From assembly GCA_030264375.1 (NCBI GenBank), contig JASCQW010000081.1:93102923-93166922 (forward strand): 64,000 nucleotides of DNA. Direction: 5' to 3'. The DNA is from Carcharhinus longimanus (Eukaryota). Of this stretch, positions 37,803-51,100 are shown one piece after another. How positions within the stretch are numbered: the stretch's first letter is position 1; the number at the start of each line of letters is the position of its first letter. A model generated the notes under the pieces. It was not told the DNA's origin. It saw nothing but the letters and a program-made list of their open reading frames with translations, and did not search any database. The translations under genes were made by a program, and so were the position numbers.

Positions 37803-38180
37803 AGTCATAGAGGTTTACAGCATGGAAACAGGCCCAACTTGTCCATGCTGCTTTTTTTTTTAAAAAAACCCCTAAACTAATCCCAATTGCCTGCATTTGG
37901 CCTATATCTCTTTATACCCATTGTACCCATGTAACCATCTAAACGCTTTTTAAAAGACAAAATTGTACCCGCCTCCAAACTACCTCTGGCAGCTTGTTCC
38001 AGACACTCACCATCCTGTGTGTGAAAAAAATTGCCCCTCTGAACACCCTTATTATCTCTCCCCTCTCACCTTAAACCCTATGTCCGCTAGTTTCAGACTC
38101 CCTTATCTTTGGGAAAAGATGTTGACTATCTAGCTGATCTGTGCCCCTCATTATTTTATAGACCTCTATAAGATCACCCC
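37803..38180 (-). mobile_element. Young CR1 3' end (same subfamily as 32903-33605), ends at a gap
   Basis: catagaggtttacagcatggaaacaggcc tail; GDLIEVYKIMRGTDQLDSQHLFPK. Confidence 0.9.
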
Positions 38181-38280
38181 NNNNNNNNNNNNNNNNNNNN
38201 NNNNNNNNNNNNNNNNNNNNNNNNNNNNNNNNNNNNNNNNNNNNNNNNNNNNNNNNNNNNNNNNNNNNNNNNNNNNNNNN

Positions 38281-38712
38281 TTTCACAACCCTCTGAGAGA
38301 AGAAGTTCCTCCTCAACTCTGTTCTAAACTGCCCCCCCCCCCTCATTTTGAGGCTGTGCCGTTTACTTCTGGTTTCCTTTCTAAGTGGAAAGAATCTCTC
38401 TACCTCTACCCTATCTAGCCCCTTCATTATCTTGTATGTATCTATAAGATCCCCCCTCAGCCTTCTAAACTCCAACGAGTACAGGCCCAATGTACTCAAT
38501 CTCTCCTGATTAGCTAACCCCCTCATCTCCGGTATCAGCCTGGTGAACCTTCTCTGTACTCCCTCCAAGGCAAATATCTCCTTTTGCAAATAAGGGGACC
38601 AAAATTGCACACAGTACTCCAGTTCCAGCCTCAACAGGGCCTTGTACAGTTGCAGCAAGACCTTCCTGTTTTTATATTCTATTCCCCTCGCGATAAAGGC
38701 CAACATTCCATT
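38281..38712 (-). mobile_element. Young CR1 ORF2 fragment (same subfamily as 31550-32056)
   Basis: MLAFIARGIEYKN...LEYCVQFWSPYL...LRGDLIDTYKIMKGLDRVEVERFFPL. Confidence 0.92.
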
Positions 38713-39599
38713 CTTGGCTTGTCAAGCAGACTTGTCAGGCTTACCTAAGTCGTAGGTAAATGTTTGCACTAAATACCTGGACCCTACTAAACACTGGCAC
38801 CAGACGAGCAACACAGTCCTCTGTGCAATATTACAGTTTTATAATTCATCCGAATTGTTCTACTTCAGGTCAGAATGTTCAGGTGTTCTGGAGCAGAGAA
38901 CATCTGGTGCCTGTTTTGAATTTGCTGTTGGAAATCATTAGTCACTAGTTCGTGGAATCTGCAGCTAATTTACATTGTGGATTTGATATCAGAATAATTT
39001 CTGGTAACCCCAGTAATCCAATGTAAGCTCTGGACAATGTTCAACTAATTCTAATCCAACTAACGAAGAGAGTTTTGCCTGCTGCTGTGATATGTGGATA
39101 TGCAACACAGTACGTTTCTCCTGAATTATTAGTATTGGCAAAATAGACATTCATCTTGGAGATTTCTGGGCTCATTGCCGTTGTCGATTTGGTTGTAATA
39201 CGTGTAACATCCGCCAAGATTACTAATTAACCACTCAGCAAATCTGTGAGTTACCTGGCCACTTACGATAATTGGAAATGACGAATGTCCGCCGTTTTAA
39301 CAATGTTCATGAAAGAAATGCGTACTTCAAAGCACACTGTGTTTAGTTGCAACCTGAATAGCTCGCTCGACACTGGGTCATCAGGAAACTACAGTTTCAG
39401 CATTGTCTTCTGATTGTTTTTAGCATTTGTGATCAAGTTCTGATTGGGACTTTAATTTTAAAAATAATAACTCACAAATGCGAATACGGTCACATTGACC
39501 ACGGCAGATATTAGTACACTTTCTTACCTGCTTCTTTTTGGCGGATTACGCTTTCTGCAAATATATTTAACAAAGACTGTTACCGATAATGTGCGAGGT

Positions 39600-40680
39600 A
39601 TAAGCACACATAGACATCGAAACACACAATTTGATCTGTCAAGCCCTCTACGAATTATAGTTCGATCATGATTGATCATCCTTTCCATCACCATTTTCTG
39701 GAATTACCTCCATATCCCTTGATTTCAGTGGTATCCAGAAATCTATAGATGTCCTGACCAATTCTTAAACATTGAGATTCCATAACCACTTTGGCTGCAC
39801 ATTCCGAAGATTCATGAACCCCTCAGTGAACTCTCAGATCCACATTTCAGCCCTAAACTGCTTGCTATCATTTCAAGGTTTTTTTTTCCATCTTCTAATC
39901 TGTTAATCGCTTCTAATTACATCGAGTGGGCAATTGTCATTAACATTTCAATCATGTCACGCACTGTATGGATTATTCAAGTTTAACGAATATCATGTTC
40001 CATCCCTCTAGAGTACATTTTCTCTAATCCCATCTCATCACAAAATGATGCCTTTCTAAGGATTAATTTGATGAAATATTGCCAAATCCCCTTTGTGCAA
40101 TATAGCAATATATATAGTCACATCAAATAGCTAAAACTGTACAAAGTATTCATGATGCATTCTTTCAAACACAGAGAAAAAAAAACATTCATGTTCTTAC
40201 AGAACTCTGAACCACTTGAGTTGAAGGATAACGCACCAAGAGTATTTGTGTGTGTGCGTTTTTTTGCTGTAGTTGTATGCCGACTGTGAGTCACACATGG
40301 ACAATGTCACCCTGCTCCCATTGGATTGTAGTCCTTCGCAACGGCGTGGAATTTAAAGTAAAGTCTTACTTTGTCTTTCCTCCAGAAAACTGGGTGAAAT
40401 CATGTTTGTTCGCAGAATCTCCCATCTGACATGTTCTGATCCCATGACTTAGACTGTGAAGTTAACATTGATTCTCCATTGCATTGTTCTTGTATCGTAA
40501 ATTTCGTACTTGTATCACGAGAAAATATTGAAATAAAACACCTGATACAACTTTTAAAATAAATCACATTATGTGATGAGCAGCGGGCCCAAGTGCTGAT
40601 CCTTGCCGGACAGATTTTCATTCTGAGAATGAATAATTTATTACTACTCTGCTTTCTGTCTTTTCAAAGATTCAAAAAAA
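39600..40680 (-). mobile_element. Heavily decayed CR1
   Basis: gatcatgattgatcatcc, ccatatcccttgatt, attccgaagattcat, gggcccaagtgctgatccttg (reverse complement of PQGSxLGP). Confidence 0.6.
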
Positions 40681-40869
40681 AAATCTAACTTCAAACCCAT
40701 GTTTATTGTGTCAGACGTTCTCAAATTTGAACTCCGTTTCAGAAATCCAATGGTATGTTCAATCAGGTCGCAGGATCAATTTAAGTGACACAGTTAAATG
40801 CAAAATAAACATTGTTACTTCAACGTTCTAAACATTACGATTTCCTTTATGGAATTCATGAAATTCCGC

Positions 40870-42570
40870 GTTATAAAGCCACAGAGTCCTGAAGCTACAA
40901 AGCACGGATTCTGGCCTTTCAGTTCAATTGGCCATTCTTTCCATTATGCAATCGCAGCCAATCCTATTTTCCTGCACTTGGCCCACATCCCTCTAATTGT
41001 TTCCCAAGCGTATAAGTATCCAAATGCTCGTTAAATATTGCTATTGGACCTCCCTCAACCACTTTCTCTGGCAGCTCAGTCTATATACACAGCATTCTTT
41101 GTGTGTAGCGTGGATTTAGTGCATAGTAGTTTGTTACATAAGGTTAAATCTCAAGGGATCCAGGGCAAGGTATCTAAATGGATACGAAATTGGCTCCTTG
41201 ACTGAAGCCAGAAGGTGGTTGTGGAGGGTTATTTTTCAAGCTGGACGTCTGTTGTCAGCAATGTGTCTGAGGTATCAGTACTGGGTCCACTGTTATTTGC
41301 CATTTATATTAATTACTCGATGACTATATAGGAGGAATGATTAGTCAGTTTGCAGATGACCCCAAGATTGGTGGTGCAGTGAATAGTGAATGAAATGTTC
41401 CCCGATTGTAACGGGATCTTGATTAATTGGGCCAAAGAGCTGAAGAATAGCAGAAGTAGTTTATTTTAGATAATTACAAGATGATGCATTTTGGTAGATT
41501 GAATTTGGCCAGGAATTACTCGGTTAATGGCAGGGCGTTGGATAGAGTTACAGACCAAAGGGACTGAGGGATACATGTTCATAATTCCTTGAAAGTGGAG
41601 TCACAGGTGGACAGAGCGGTGAAGAATGCATTCAGCATGTTTGATCTCATTGGTTAAAATATTGAATACTGGATTTGGGATGTCTTGTTGAAGTTATACG
41701 AGGCATTGGGAAGGCCACATTTGGAATACTGTGTACAGTCCTGGTCACCTTATTATAGAAAGAATGATATTATCAAACAAGAAAGAGCACAAATAAGGTT
41801 TACTGGCATGCTACCGGGACTTGATGGTTTGAGTTATAAGGAGAGGTTGGATAGACAGAGAATTTTTCCTCTGAGCACAGAAGGCTGAGTGATGATCTTC
41901 TAGAGGTCTATGAAATAATGAGGGGCAGAGATCAGCGAGATGTCAATATTTTCCCCAAAGGTAGGGAAGTCTGAAACTAGAAGGCATAGGTTTAAGGTGA
42001 GAGGGGAAAGATATAAAAGTGCCCGGATTGGCATTTTTTTTCACACAGTGGGTGGGGATTGTCTGGAACAAGGTGCTAGAGGTAATATAGAGGGGGGTAC
42101 TTTTTTAACATTTAGAAAGACAAATGGGTAAGATTGGTATGGAGGGGTATTTGCCAAATGCTGGCAATTGGGATTAGTTTAGGGTTTAAAAACAGGTGGC
42201 ATGGACAAGTTGGACCGAAGGGTCTGTTTCCATGAAATAAACTTCTGTGACTCTATGAATCAGTTGCCCCTCAAGCCCTATCACTATTGTCTCCCCTCAC
42301 CTTAACCCTATGCCGTAAGGTTTTCATTGTTTTCTTTCCTCAGGCAATGATGACGGGCTTCCATCCTGTCTATGTCCCTCATCATTTTATACATGGCAGC
42401 AAGATCACTACCCATTTCCCTTCATTTCAAGGAATAAAGTCCGAAATTAGCCAAACACTCGCTATATCTCTGGCCCACTAGTCCTAGCAAAATCTTCGTT
42501 GACCAGTGGCTTCCATATTACAGAGTGCACACATCTGTGTTCCGCAGTCCAAGTTTGACATTAACAACGG
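40870..42570 (-). mobile_element. Minus-strand CR1 3' end split by a nested plus-strand CR1 (~41110-42255)
   Basis: Outer: ccacttt..tggcagctc...tgtgtg | agttgcccctca...cccctcaccttaaccc. Inner: ggtatcagtactgggtcc (QGSVLGP), tttgcagatgac (FADD), RPHLEYCVQSWSPYYRK, tail tgactctatga. Confidence 0.8.
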
Positions 42571-43299
42571 NNNNNNNNNNNNNNNNNNNNNNNNNNNNNN
42601 NNNNNNNNNNNNNNNNNNNNNNNNNNNNNNNNNNNNNNNNNNNNNNNNNNNNNNNNNNNNNNNNNNNNNNATTCTATGCTGCGAGTTGTGTTCGAACTGC
42701 TTCACAGGTACAGCTACTGCGACCAAATAGAAATAGGAAACTGCCTTTAGTTTAAAATGAATTACTTGTTCAGTTTCAAGTGATGAGAGATGTTTCAACT
42801 GTTCGTAATATGACAATGAAGGGCAAGGATGTGTGATTTCTATTGCATCTGAGATTAAAAAACACGTAATATTCCATCTAAAACAATCGAACAGAGGACA
42901 AAACGTAACTTCAACATTAGACAATTGGTATCAATTGTCATAAATATATTGACGGCTTAACTTCTTGGGGAAGTTTCAGCTAATCGTCGCTCTCCTGGAT
43001 TGCCGACCAATGCTCTCTGGTCACATCATGTCAGGCGAAAACAATTGAATTGACAAGGAAATATAATGCCTCATTATGATCAAAAAGCAGTTGTCGATTG
43101 TCTTGAAATTCACGTACTTTGAGGGCAACGAGTCCTGATTCAGCCAGAGATAGATATTGATACACATGGGTATGAAAATCTAGAAACAGTCCCGTCATGA
43201 TTAAACATGTCCGTTTGGGACCACAAGATAGTGTTCATCTAGGGAGACAGGACACTGAGGTTCGAGTGTTTCACCCAATCTGGCCACTGCCTTGTTGTT

Positions 43300-45370
43300 A
43301 AAAAATAGATTCATAAAACAATTTCCAATTGAATTGTCAACTTGTTTTGCCTGCATGGAACATTTTTTTCATTTGTCACAACACCGGTTTTATGAAGCAA
43401 AACTAGATTTCAACCTGCAGCACATTGCCTTGGCAGGCATCGTTTCAAAATTGGTCAAGGAATGATTTTGCTGATTGCCGAAGCTATCGGTGTTGTAGTT
43501 ACTCGAATCTCTTTAGCACCAAAAAAAAATCTCAACTAGCCTTATTTAAGGACAGAAAATTCAAGCCTGGCGCAAAATTTCAAGTTACTTCATTAATTTG
43601 ATTTGTACCACTGACACATGTTGGTGAATTTGAAAGGCATCAATTGTGTTCATGGTAGCTCTCAGTTTGGAAGGAGTTCTTTAAGGAAGTTGAGCGTTTT
43701 TCTGCAACGCCTATTACAAATCACTGTTCAGATGATCGGCAAGGGAGTCAATGTTGAAAACAGTCGATGCGTTGCCAAACCAGTTAGCGTCCTTCCCTTC
43801 CAATGTGTGAAGCTTCTTGACTGCTGTTAAAGCCACAATCATCCAGAAAATATGTATGCATTGCATTAAAAACGTGTCTTATGCCTTGTAAAAATGGAGA
43901 ACGTTGTCAATCATCTACAAGACTGGTGTAGTTAAATTATTGCTCATTTCTTAAACCCCGAGGTGTTGGTAGGAGATGATCAACCATAGAAATAGTTAAG
44001 GTCACAGCACACACATTTTCTTCATTCCTTCAAATCAGAGATTTTGCGTGTGACAATCAGTCAGTTATCTTTAAACATTCCTATATCGCTTATGTGCTGG
44101 GAATAGAATGATTGGCTTCGAAAAAACACCCCCATTATATTATTTTTTTTTCAATTTTCACAAACAGGCTTTAATGCTGTCAACGATCCTGAAGAAATTC
44201 AATTTCAGCACCTTGAAACAAATTTTGCACGACATTCTTTCTTCGGTAACGTTCTTAAATCCACCATATAGTGAGCACTTTGGTGATGAATCTGTGTAGA
44301 CCGATGGCTCGTATACGCATTACGATTGGATTGCTGAGCTTTTGTTAAGCATTGAGTACCTGGAAATGTTTCAAATTACCAGGTAGATGCACGTCATTCT
44401 TATACTTCGTCAGACATTGGACTGCGTTGAGCAACAATGGACTTTCAGAAAACTACTAGGATTTGTACCCTTTCTCATGACCTTTACGTCCAATGCATTA
44501 ACTATGTTTTAGATTTCACATGGATAAATGTCATTGAATAAATCAAAACATAACTGGTAATTGTGATGCTGGGGACTTCTCAAATATGGTGAGTTGCATT
44601 TCCATTTTCCCCATCCACTGTCCAACGGGTGTTTCTGCAATTGTGACATTGTTCCTTTGATGTCAGGTATCTCAGCAAGCTCCTCTCCCATCTTATTCTA
44701 AGCCGCACGTTTTGCTTGGTGAAGTCAGAATAAATGTGCACATATAGTACCATTTCCAGCCCACTGAATCCGTGCTGACATGCCGTTCATTAATAAAGCC
44801 AAATATTGAGCTTCAGAAATATCTGAAACCTATAAAACACACATGATGTATTGTAAACGTTTGAACAATTTCTCCTCACACCCTTTTCTTTGTACGGATG
44901 CATATGCAGACCAAGAGTGCATTGCTAAACTATAAGGATCCGATTTAAATGCCGTCTCGTTATACCATGTTGTGTTAACGTGTCCAAAATATTCTGGAAA
45001 ACACATTAATAAGTCTGCCTAACAACGATAATAAGATTGTGTGATCATATTTCTGTACCACACTGTTCGATCTTTTTGTTCAATTTTCCAATTTCTGAAA
45101 AAAAAACAGAGGACGTTTATCCTTATTTCGGCGAATGAACTGAATTTTGTTTCACATGAAATTCCAAATTTATTGCACCAAATTTCATCTCTGCAATTTC
45201 TAAATCATTTTAATGAAAAGTTGAAGTTTTCATCTTCTTCTAATAAGAAATAGCCTTGAGCAATTTGCTAATTTTATGAAGAGTACTTCGTGCCTTTTTG
45301 CGCCATGTTTTGATGTAAATTTCAACCCTTTTTTTGGAATCATGACGGAATACTTATCAGTGGGACCTGT
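43300..45370 (-). mobile_element. Probable decayed hAT-superfamily transposase (ZNF862/Charlie-like)
   Basis: Frameshifted minus-strand motifs in hAT order: SDISEAQYLALLMNG/STDS/GLEMVLYVH (~44830-44735, first catalytic D region), ALDVKVMRKG (~44495-44465, DGAxVM.G-like), HC(V)AQR (~44440-44424, CxxH insertion motif), TMPA...SFAS.NR/VVT..SM (~43445-43340, dimerisation-like). No TIRs identified. Confidence 0.45.
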
Positions 45371-45576
45371 TGTCGAGAATTATCACTGCCAATACGCCAC
45401 AGACACAAAATAATTACCTAACATTTTAGTTTTCGCTGATTTTAATGACTAGAACTTCCCCCAGTTAAAATGTCTTATCACTGTCTATCGGGAATACATC
45501 GTTTTGATCGTGTCGCTGCTTGAAAATTGGAAAGACACACCTCGCTGCCTGTGCTACACATATTGGACTTGGTTGT

Positions 45577-45579
<3 letters not shown>

Positions 45580-45610
<31 letters not shown>
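45580..45610. repeat. (TA)15 microsatellite
   Basis: Direct reading. Confidence 0.95.
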
Positions 45611-45613
<3 letters not shown>

Positions 45614-47035
45614 TATATTTATATAAAACATTGCTAAATTTACCAATATGTTTGACCAATTTCATGGTCATTCCACCTGCTAACCCTATTAGCCAATTTA
45701 ACAAAAACTGTTCTTTCTTTGATATTGCTTAATGTTTGTTTCCTTAAATATATTCGCACTGTCCATGTCAATATTTCAACAGCTAACTTTTTTTTGCGGG
45801 GGAATATGACAGCGTAGATAGGATGAAGGTTCAGCTGATCAGAATATGATACCTATCGGGAGTTCACATACTTAAAATTATGTGAAAAATAATCAAATGT
45901 GGTACGCAAGTTTTTATTTTCATGCAATGAGGGGTTCTGGTCTGCAAGCACAACTTGGAAATGTGGTGGAGGGGTATCAATCAAGGAATTTAGTAGGGAA
46001 TTTAATGATTACATCAATGGAAACAATGTGTACAGTTATGGGAATAAGACCACAGAACTGAGCTATGATGCACCTTTGGTTTGACACGATGGAACAAATT
46101 ATCATAATTGATTCCATAAGAAATCCATGACTCTATGTTTCTGAAAAAGCAAGCCTAAAATTTTGAAATGGTCGATATTTGATATGTTTTTATATTTAAT
46201 TCAATCTATATTACTTAAATATATATTTTTGTCGCCTAATTTTACTGTCTTACAAGGCGAATATATATACGTAGCGCAAAGTTGTGGAGAAACCGCCAAT
46301 AGTTCTTAAATGCCAGCCTTGCTCTAATGCACGCGGACAAGAAAATCGTTGTTGACCATTATTATTACCCAGTTCAAACTGCGTGATATATGAATAAAAC
46401 TCCGTGGAATGCACTCTAGTTTGAATCTTCATGATGCTTGTTTTGTATATTCAGCGTCCCCATAATCATCAAGTTTTTTTTTAATAGTTAAATTGCTCTT
46501 CAGTTAAGAAAATGTATTTGAAAAATAGGGTGGTACAGTATCATAATGCGTACCTCTGTGTTGCCACTCGAAACATTGTGCAACAGTGCGTCATTCATTG
46601 GCTAATAAGTTCAATGGAACAACATTGCCACTGTTGAGTCCTAAGACTGACACAATTACACATAGATATTCAAACTAATTTACCAACGTCTTTTGCAAGC
46701 ATCTGTCTCACTGTAAGAGGGATCAAATTATCAGAACATTAATTATCAGGAGATGATAGTTGTAGGAGCATACGGCTTCAAGAACTATAATGATTCTTCA
46801 ATAATACTTTCGCATGGAAAAAATGCATAATATTAAGCTAATAATCATTTTGCAAATGCATAAGAATACATGTTTACGTATTTTTCTTTTAATTCCAATC
46901 ACTGACACGCCTGGAATAATCCAATGGTGCGAAATTCCAATTCATGTTTCGAGATGCAAGTGTAACGCTGCAAAATAGTGCTCGCTGGTGCTTCACCATG
47001 TTGAACGCAAGTGGCAGATATTCGTCATCTGTAGT

Positions 47036-47168
47036 AACTGTGACCCTATTATATCCAAACATATTATTAATAGAAGAATGGTTCTAAGTAATATTCTCGA
47101 GAAACAAAAATGTTACTTAGAGTAATTCTTCTGTTAATAATATGTTTGGATATAATAGGGTCACAGTT
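47036..47168. repeat. Near-perfect inverted repeat: 60-bp arms, 13-nt loop
   Basis: Left arm 47036-47095, right arm 47109-47168; outer 35 bp perfectly complementary, 55/60 overall. Confidence 0.95.
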
Positions 47169-48149
47169 CTAGAAATAATATTTCACTCGAATTATGTCTG
47201 TTTAAACTTAATAAATTGCCGATAGACGTTTGCTAGAATAATCTTTAATATACCCGTTTCTGTTAGGTGTTTGTGCTTTTATTTCCACCCATTGTAATTA
47301 CTACATCCGCGCTTTTGGATTATCTGTGAAGCTCAGCAGTTGTTCCTATTCTTCTGCAAGTTACCCCTTGAAAAGTCGCATTCCCATGTTCAGGGCTGGA
47401 AACCATTGCCACCTGCAGAAACAGAAATGCGTCACGGGAGGGAATGTAAGATGCAAGGCATGACTACTCAAAGGAAAATAGAAGCCGTAAATATATGAGT
47501 TTTTCAATTGAGCCTGGGAATCCTTACCCTCCAGAATTCTAGGCGATTCTCCCAATCGTGTCTGCACCAACTCTCGCTATGACGCTCCGTCTGAATGATC
47601 AATCATGGCTAATACACCAAACGTACACATCTTTGGGGACTAAGGGGCAATTTTGCATGGCCAATCGATTTAATTATACATTTCTGCGACATCCAGAGCT
47701 GCGATTCCTTGAATCACAGGCGTGTAAGATAAGGGCATCTCATAGCATACTATAGCAATGTAATACTATTTCATTATTATTGATAATTTCATACTGCGGG
47801 GGTTTGCTGGCAAAAAAAAAACAGCATTCATTTTGACCAAAGTAGATGCTGACTATCTTCGCTGATCCAGCGGTACAATTGGCCTTAGCATGACTAAAAC
47901 GCTACGAGGAACTTACATCCAGGACAATGGACTTTAGTTTGAACACCAAATATGATACCCACCTTCCCTGTTCACAGCCATTAAAAAGATTACACGTGCA
48001 GCGGCAGTGGGTAGAAAACATGGAAGACATATGTTGTGGGCAAAGCTATGTGATTCCACAACGAACGAATCGGGTGAATACTCTTCTGGCGTAACTCATC
48101 GAGTCGTGATGTAACTATATGCAATGCAAATTGATTATTTCAGAGAGAT

Positions 48150-51100
48150 TTACTGGATATTGTAGTTTGTACACCTCTGAATTTAACGAAATCCCATGCA
48201 GAACTCAGAAGTGCCTTATTGTTTTTGCCACATAGCTACCTGCTCCGATGGATTTATGATAATATTATCGAACGGCAACGTGAATATAAAAAAACCGGCA
48301 AGTCATTCAAGAGAAAAAAAAACTCAGTGAACATGTGTTGTTCGTAAAAAAAAAGTGCAGCTGCTGCTTCGTTTTCTGGCTATCTATAAACACTACATTT
48401 ATTTAGTTCCCAATTGGTTCTTCCTTGGATTTCTGTTGTCATTCAAAACTGCTTGACTTTATAATTATACTGGTCAATTGCACTCACAAATGTTGAACAT
48501 TCGTTTGGCAGTACTGAAAATTGTGTTCGTCAGTATTTTTTAAGTAAATCGAACGATGTGTTGAAACTCCGTTTAACAACTTTTAATGCAGTCTTCTAAT
48601 TGAGGAATGTAATGCGAATCCGACTTTGTAACAGTATTGACTTTTCTGTGATCAATAATTATTCGTTCTGTGGTGTCTGACATTCGTACCAGCGATATTA
48701 TTCAGCACCAATCTTCACAATTTTATTTAAACATATATTTTCAAAATGTACAAACTCCGTTTGAACCTGTTCTTTTTTTTAGATTGAGTTCGTAAGGATG
48801 TTGCTTCATTGGAACAGCTATCCTACACATATGCCATGATAAAAAAATGTTGCTTCCTAGACTGTTCCCAATTATAGGGTCGTTTGATTGCAGTGACTTT
48901 TTTTCTGGTCTTTTTACCTCTGAAATCTAATGCTTCGATTTATCCTAATTTCTGACTACTTCACGATTGTCCAGTTGATTTTGCGGAATGACAAATTTTG
49001 ACTCATTGGATTTGATTTTTAATTCTGAGTTGTTGCAACTAACACATCTTCCTCCTGCATTCTGTCGACATCAAAACACCCTTTCAACATAGTATCATGA
49101 CGCAGTCTGTGAAATTCCTTTTTATCTAGCTTTCTAATTAAATCATTCACTTCATTTAATTTTGAATTGATAAGGCCCCGTAAACTATATATTATTTGTT
49201 AATTTACCTCTCAGGAACTAATCAACGATTAGTTTATGTGACTCAGTTTTTTCATCAACAAAACTTCAATTCAAAATAACTGAATTTGTTCCGGAGATGC
49301 ATGCCTAATTATAAATAATATAAATGTAATCAATTTTCCGCAATCCTCTGGATACTCCTAATATTGGCCCTGAACATAGTCTTCCTGACATACTGAATGA
49401 TAAACAAGTAAATGAATTAATTTACTTTAAAACTGCCAATAACGCCCTTGAATAACTGCCACATAATTGTTTAACCTTCATCTGATTGGATTTCGGTGGG
49501 CAGTCTGTATCTAGTACATAAATGAAGTGAGCCTTTTACAATCCTTATTGCTGTAGGTTTAGGTAATGACATGGCCCTGGAAATCTAGCAGACACATTCA
49601 TTTTTGGCTAACAATAAGTAATTTCTACGCAGTGTCACGCAATCATTTAGGACCCCAGTTAAATGCAAGAATGTGTACTAAGGATGTCGGATGGCTTTTT
49701 TTTTTCATTTCCTGAAATGTGCAGCATATACCACATAATTCAATCACGTGCTTATGCAGTTCCAGCCGATGTGTTTTTTTTCCAGCATTTCTCCTTGCGT
49801 GTTCCTTTCTAATAAACGGCATCCGTTTGCAACTGCATGTCTAATCTGCAAAACCTCATTTCTATCACTCACTGATAATTAAACATGATAAAATTCTGGC
49901 CATTTATCATGTAGCGGAATATGTAACTGTCTCCACTTTCTAATTTTAACATTACTTTTAATGCAGTGCATTCTAATAATTTATTCATATTCTCCTTTCT
50001 CCGCTTTCAATTACTTTATCTATACTTCTATCTATTTTAATTCTGTCAACTTTCCTGTATTCAACAAATTAATTTAACCTCTATCAGTGTTTGTTATCGT
50101 TATGAAACATCTTGTCAAATACTGTTTCTGATAACTGAACCACCGTCTCGTTATGCTTAATGGGTAATATTTCCCCCTTATGTATCAAGATGTGACTTTG
50201 CGAACTTGTTTCCAAACCGTCGGACAACATCACAGAATATGCTACCTGCAACTTCTCTGTTGTTTCATTGTCCGCTGATATTTGATCCAGATTAGCCATC
50301 ACCTCTGACAGTGACGCAGCTATACCGTTACTCAGGGTAAATTGAATCCCTGAAAGAAGTCATTCCTCTGTTACTACTAACAACATATTAGCAATTACCA
50401 TCGAACGCACCTGTTATAACTTACATGGTGAAACATCACCCTCCTCCCCCACTAATTGTACTTAATAACATTTTTTCTTGCCGTACTCATTCGGAACTGC
50501 ATATCACCTCATCTCTCACCATTAGCAATTGATTTGCTTCTTTATGCTATAATATCACAAGCTGTTTACTAATCCACCTTGCACATATGTTTAAATTACC
50601 ACATACACAAAATAAATTAAAATGTCTGACAACCGCTTATCATCTATCCTCAGAAAAGGCAGTGAATTACTTTCCACATCATCAGCTTCAGTTTCAGAGT
50701 CATTTGCCTATTTCCCAAACTCCAAGAGCTTAACTAATTTCCAGTCAGTTTTCCCAACAATGTCCTTAATACAGAAATATTGCGATGTTGTGCCCGAATG
50801 TATTACAATGACAAGATTCAATGTTTCTTATCTCAGGTCCATCTTCATACTTTTCCTCTTCAACCTGAGGCAAACTATCATTACTATCTGCAACGACACT
50901 TGTATTTCCTTGACCATCTGCTGATCTCGCTTTTGTACAATTGCTTTCGCTCGATGTTTGACATGTATTGAAAATCAACAGTTGATATAAGAACTATCTG
51001 TCTGCCAATTCTGCTACCAGTCCCATCGTTTTAAGCGGAAACTCTGGAAGTGAATTTAAAAAAAAATCCTCAATAGCCATTTTCAAAGGAGCATCTCAGA

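Noticed and set aside
38071-38706. 211-aa ORF, the longest in the track
   Set aside because: It reads through a 100-N gap and fuses two different CR1 subfamilies; not a gene.
44509-44691. Thrombospondin repeat or Polinton polB motif suggested by LDSGWGKW
   Set aside because: A single short motif without supporting flanking motifs; the other frames fit a hAT relic better.
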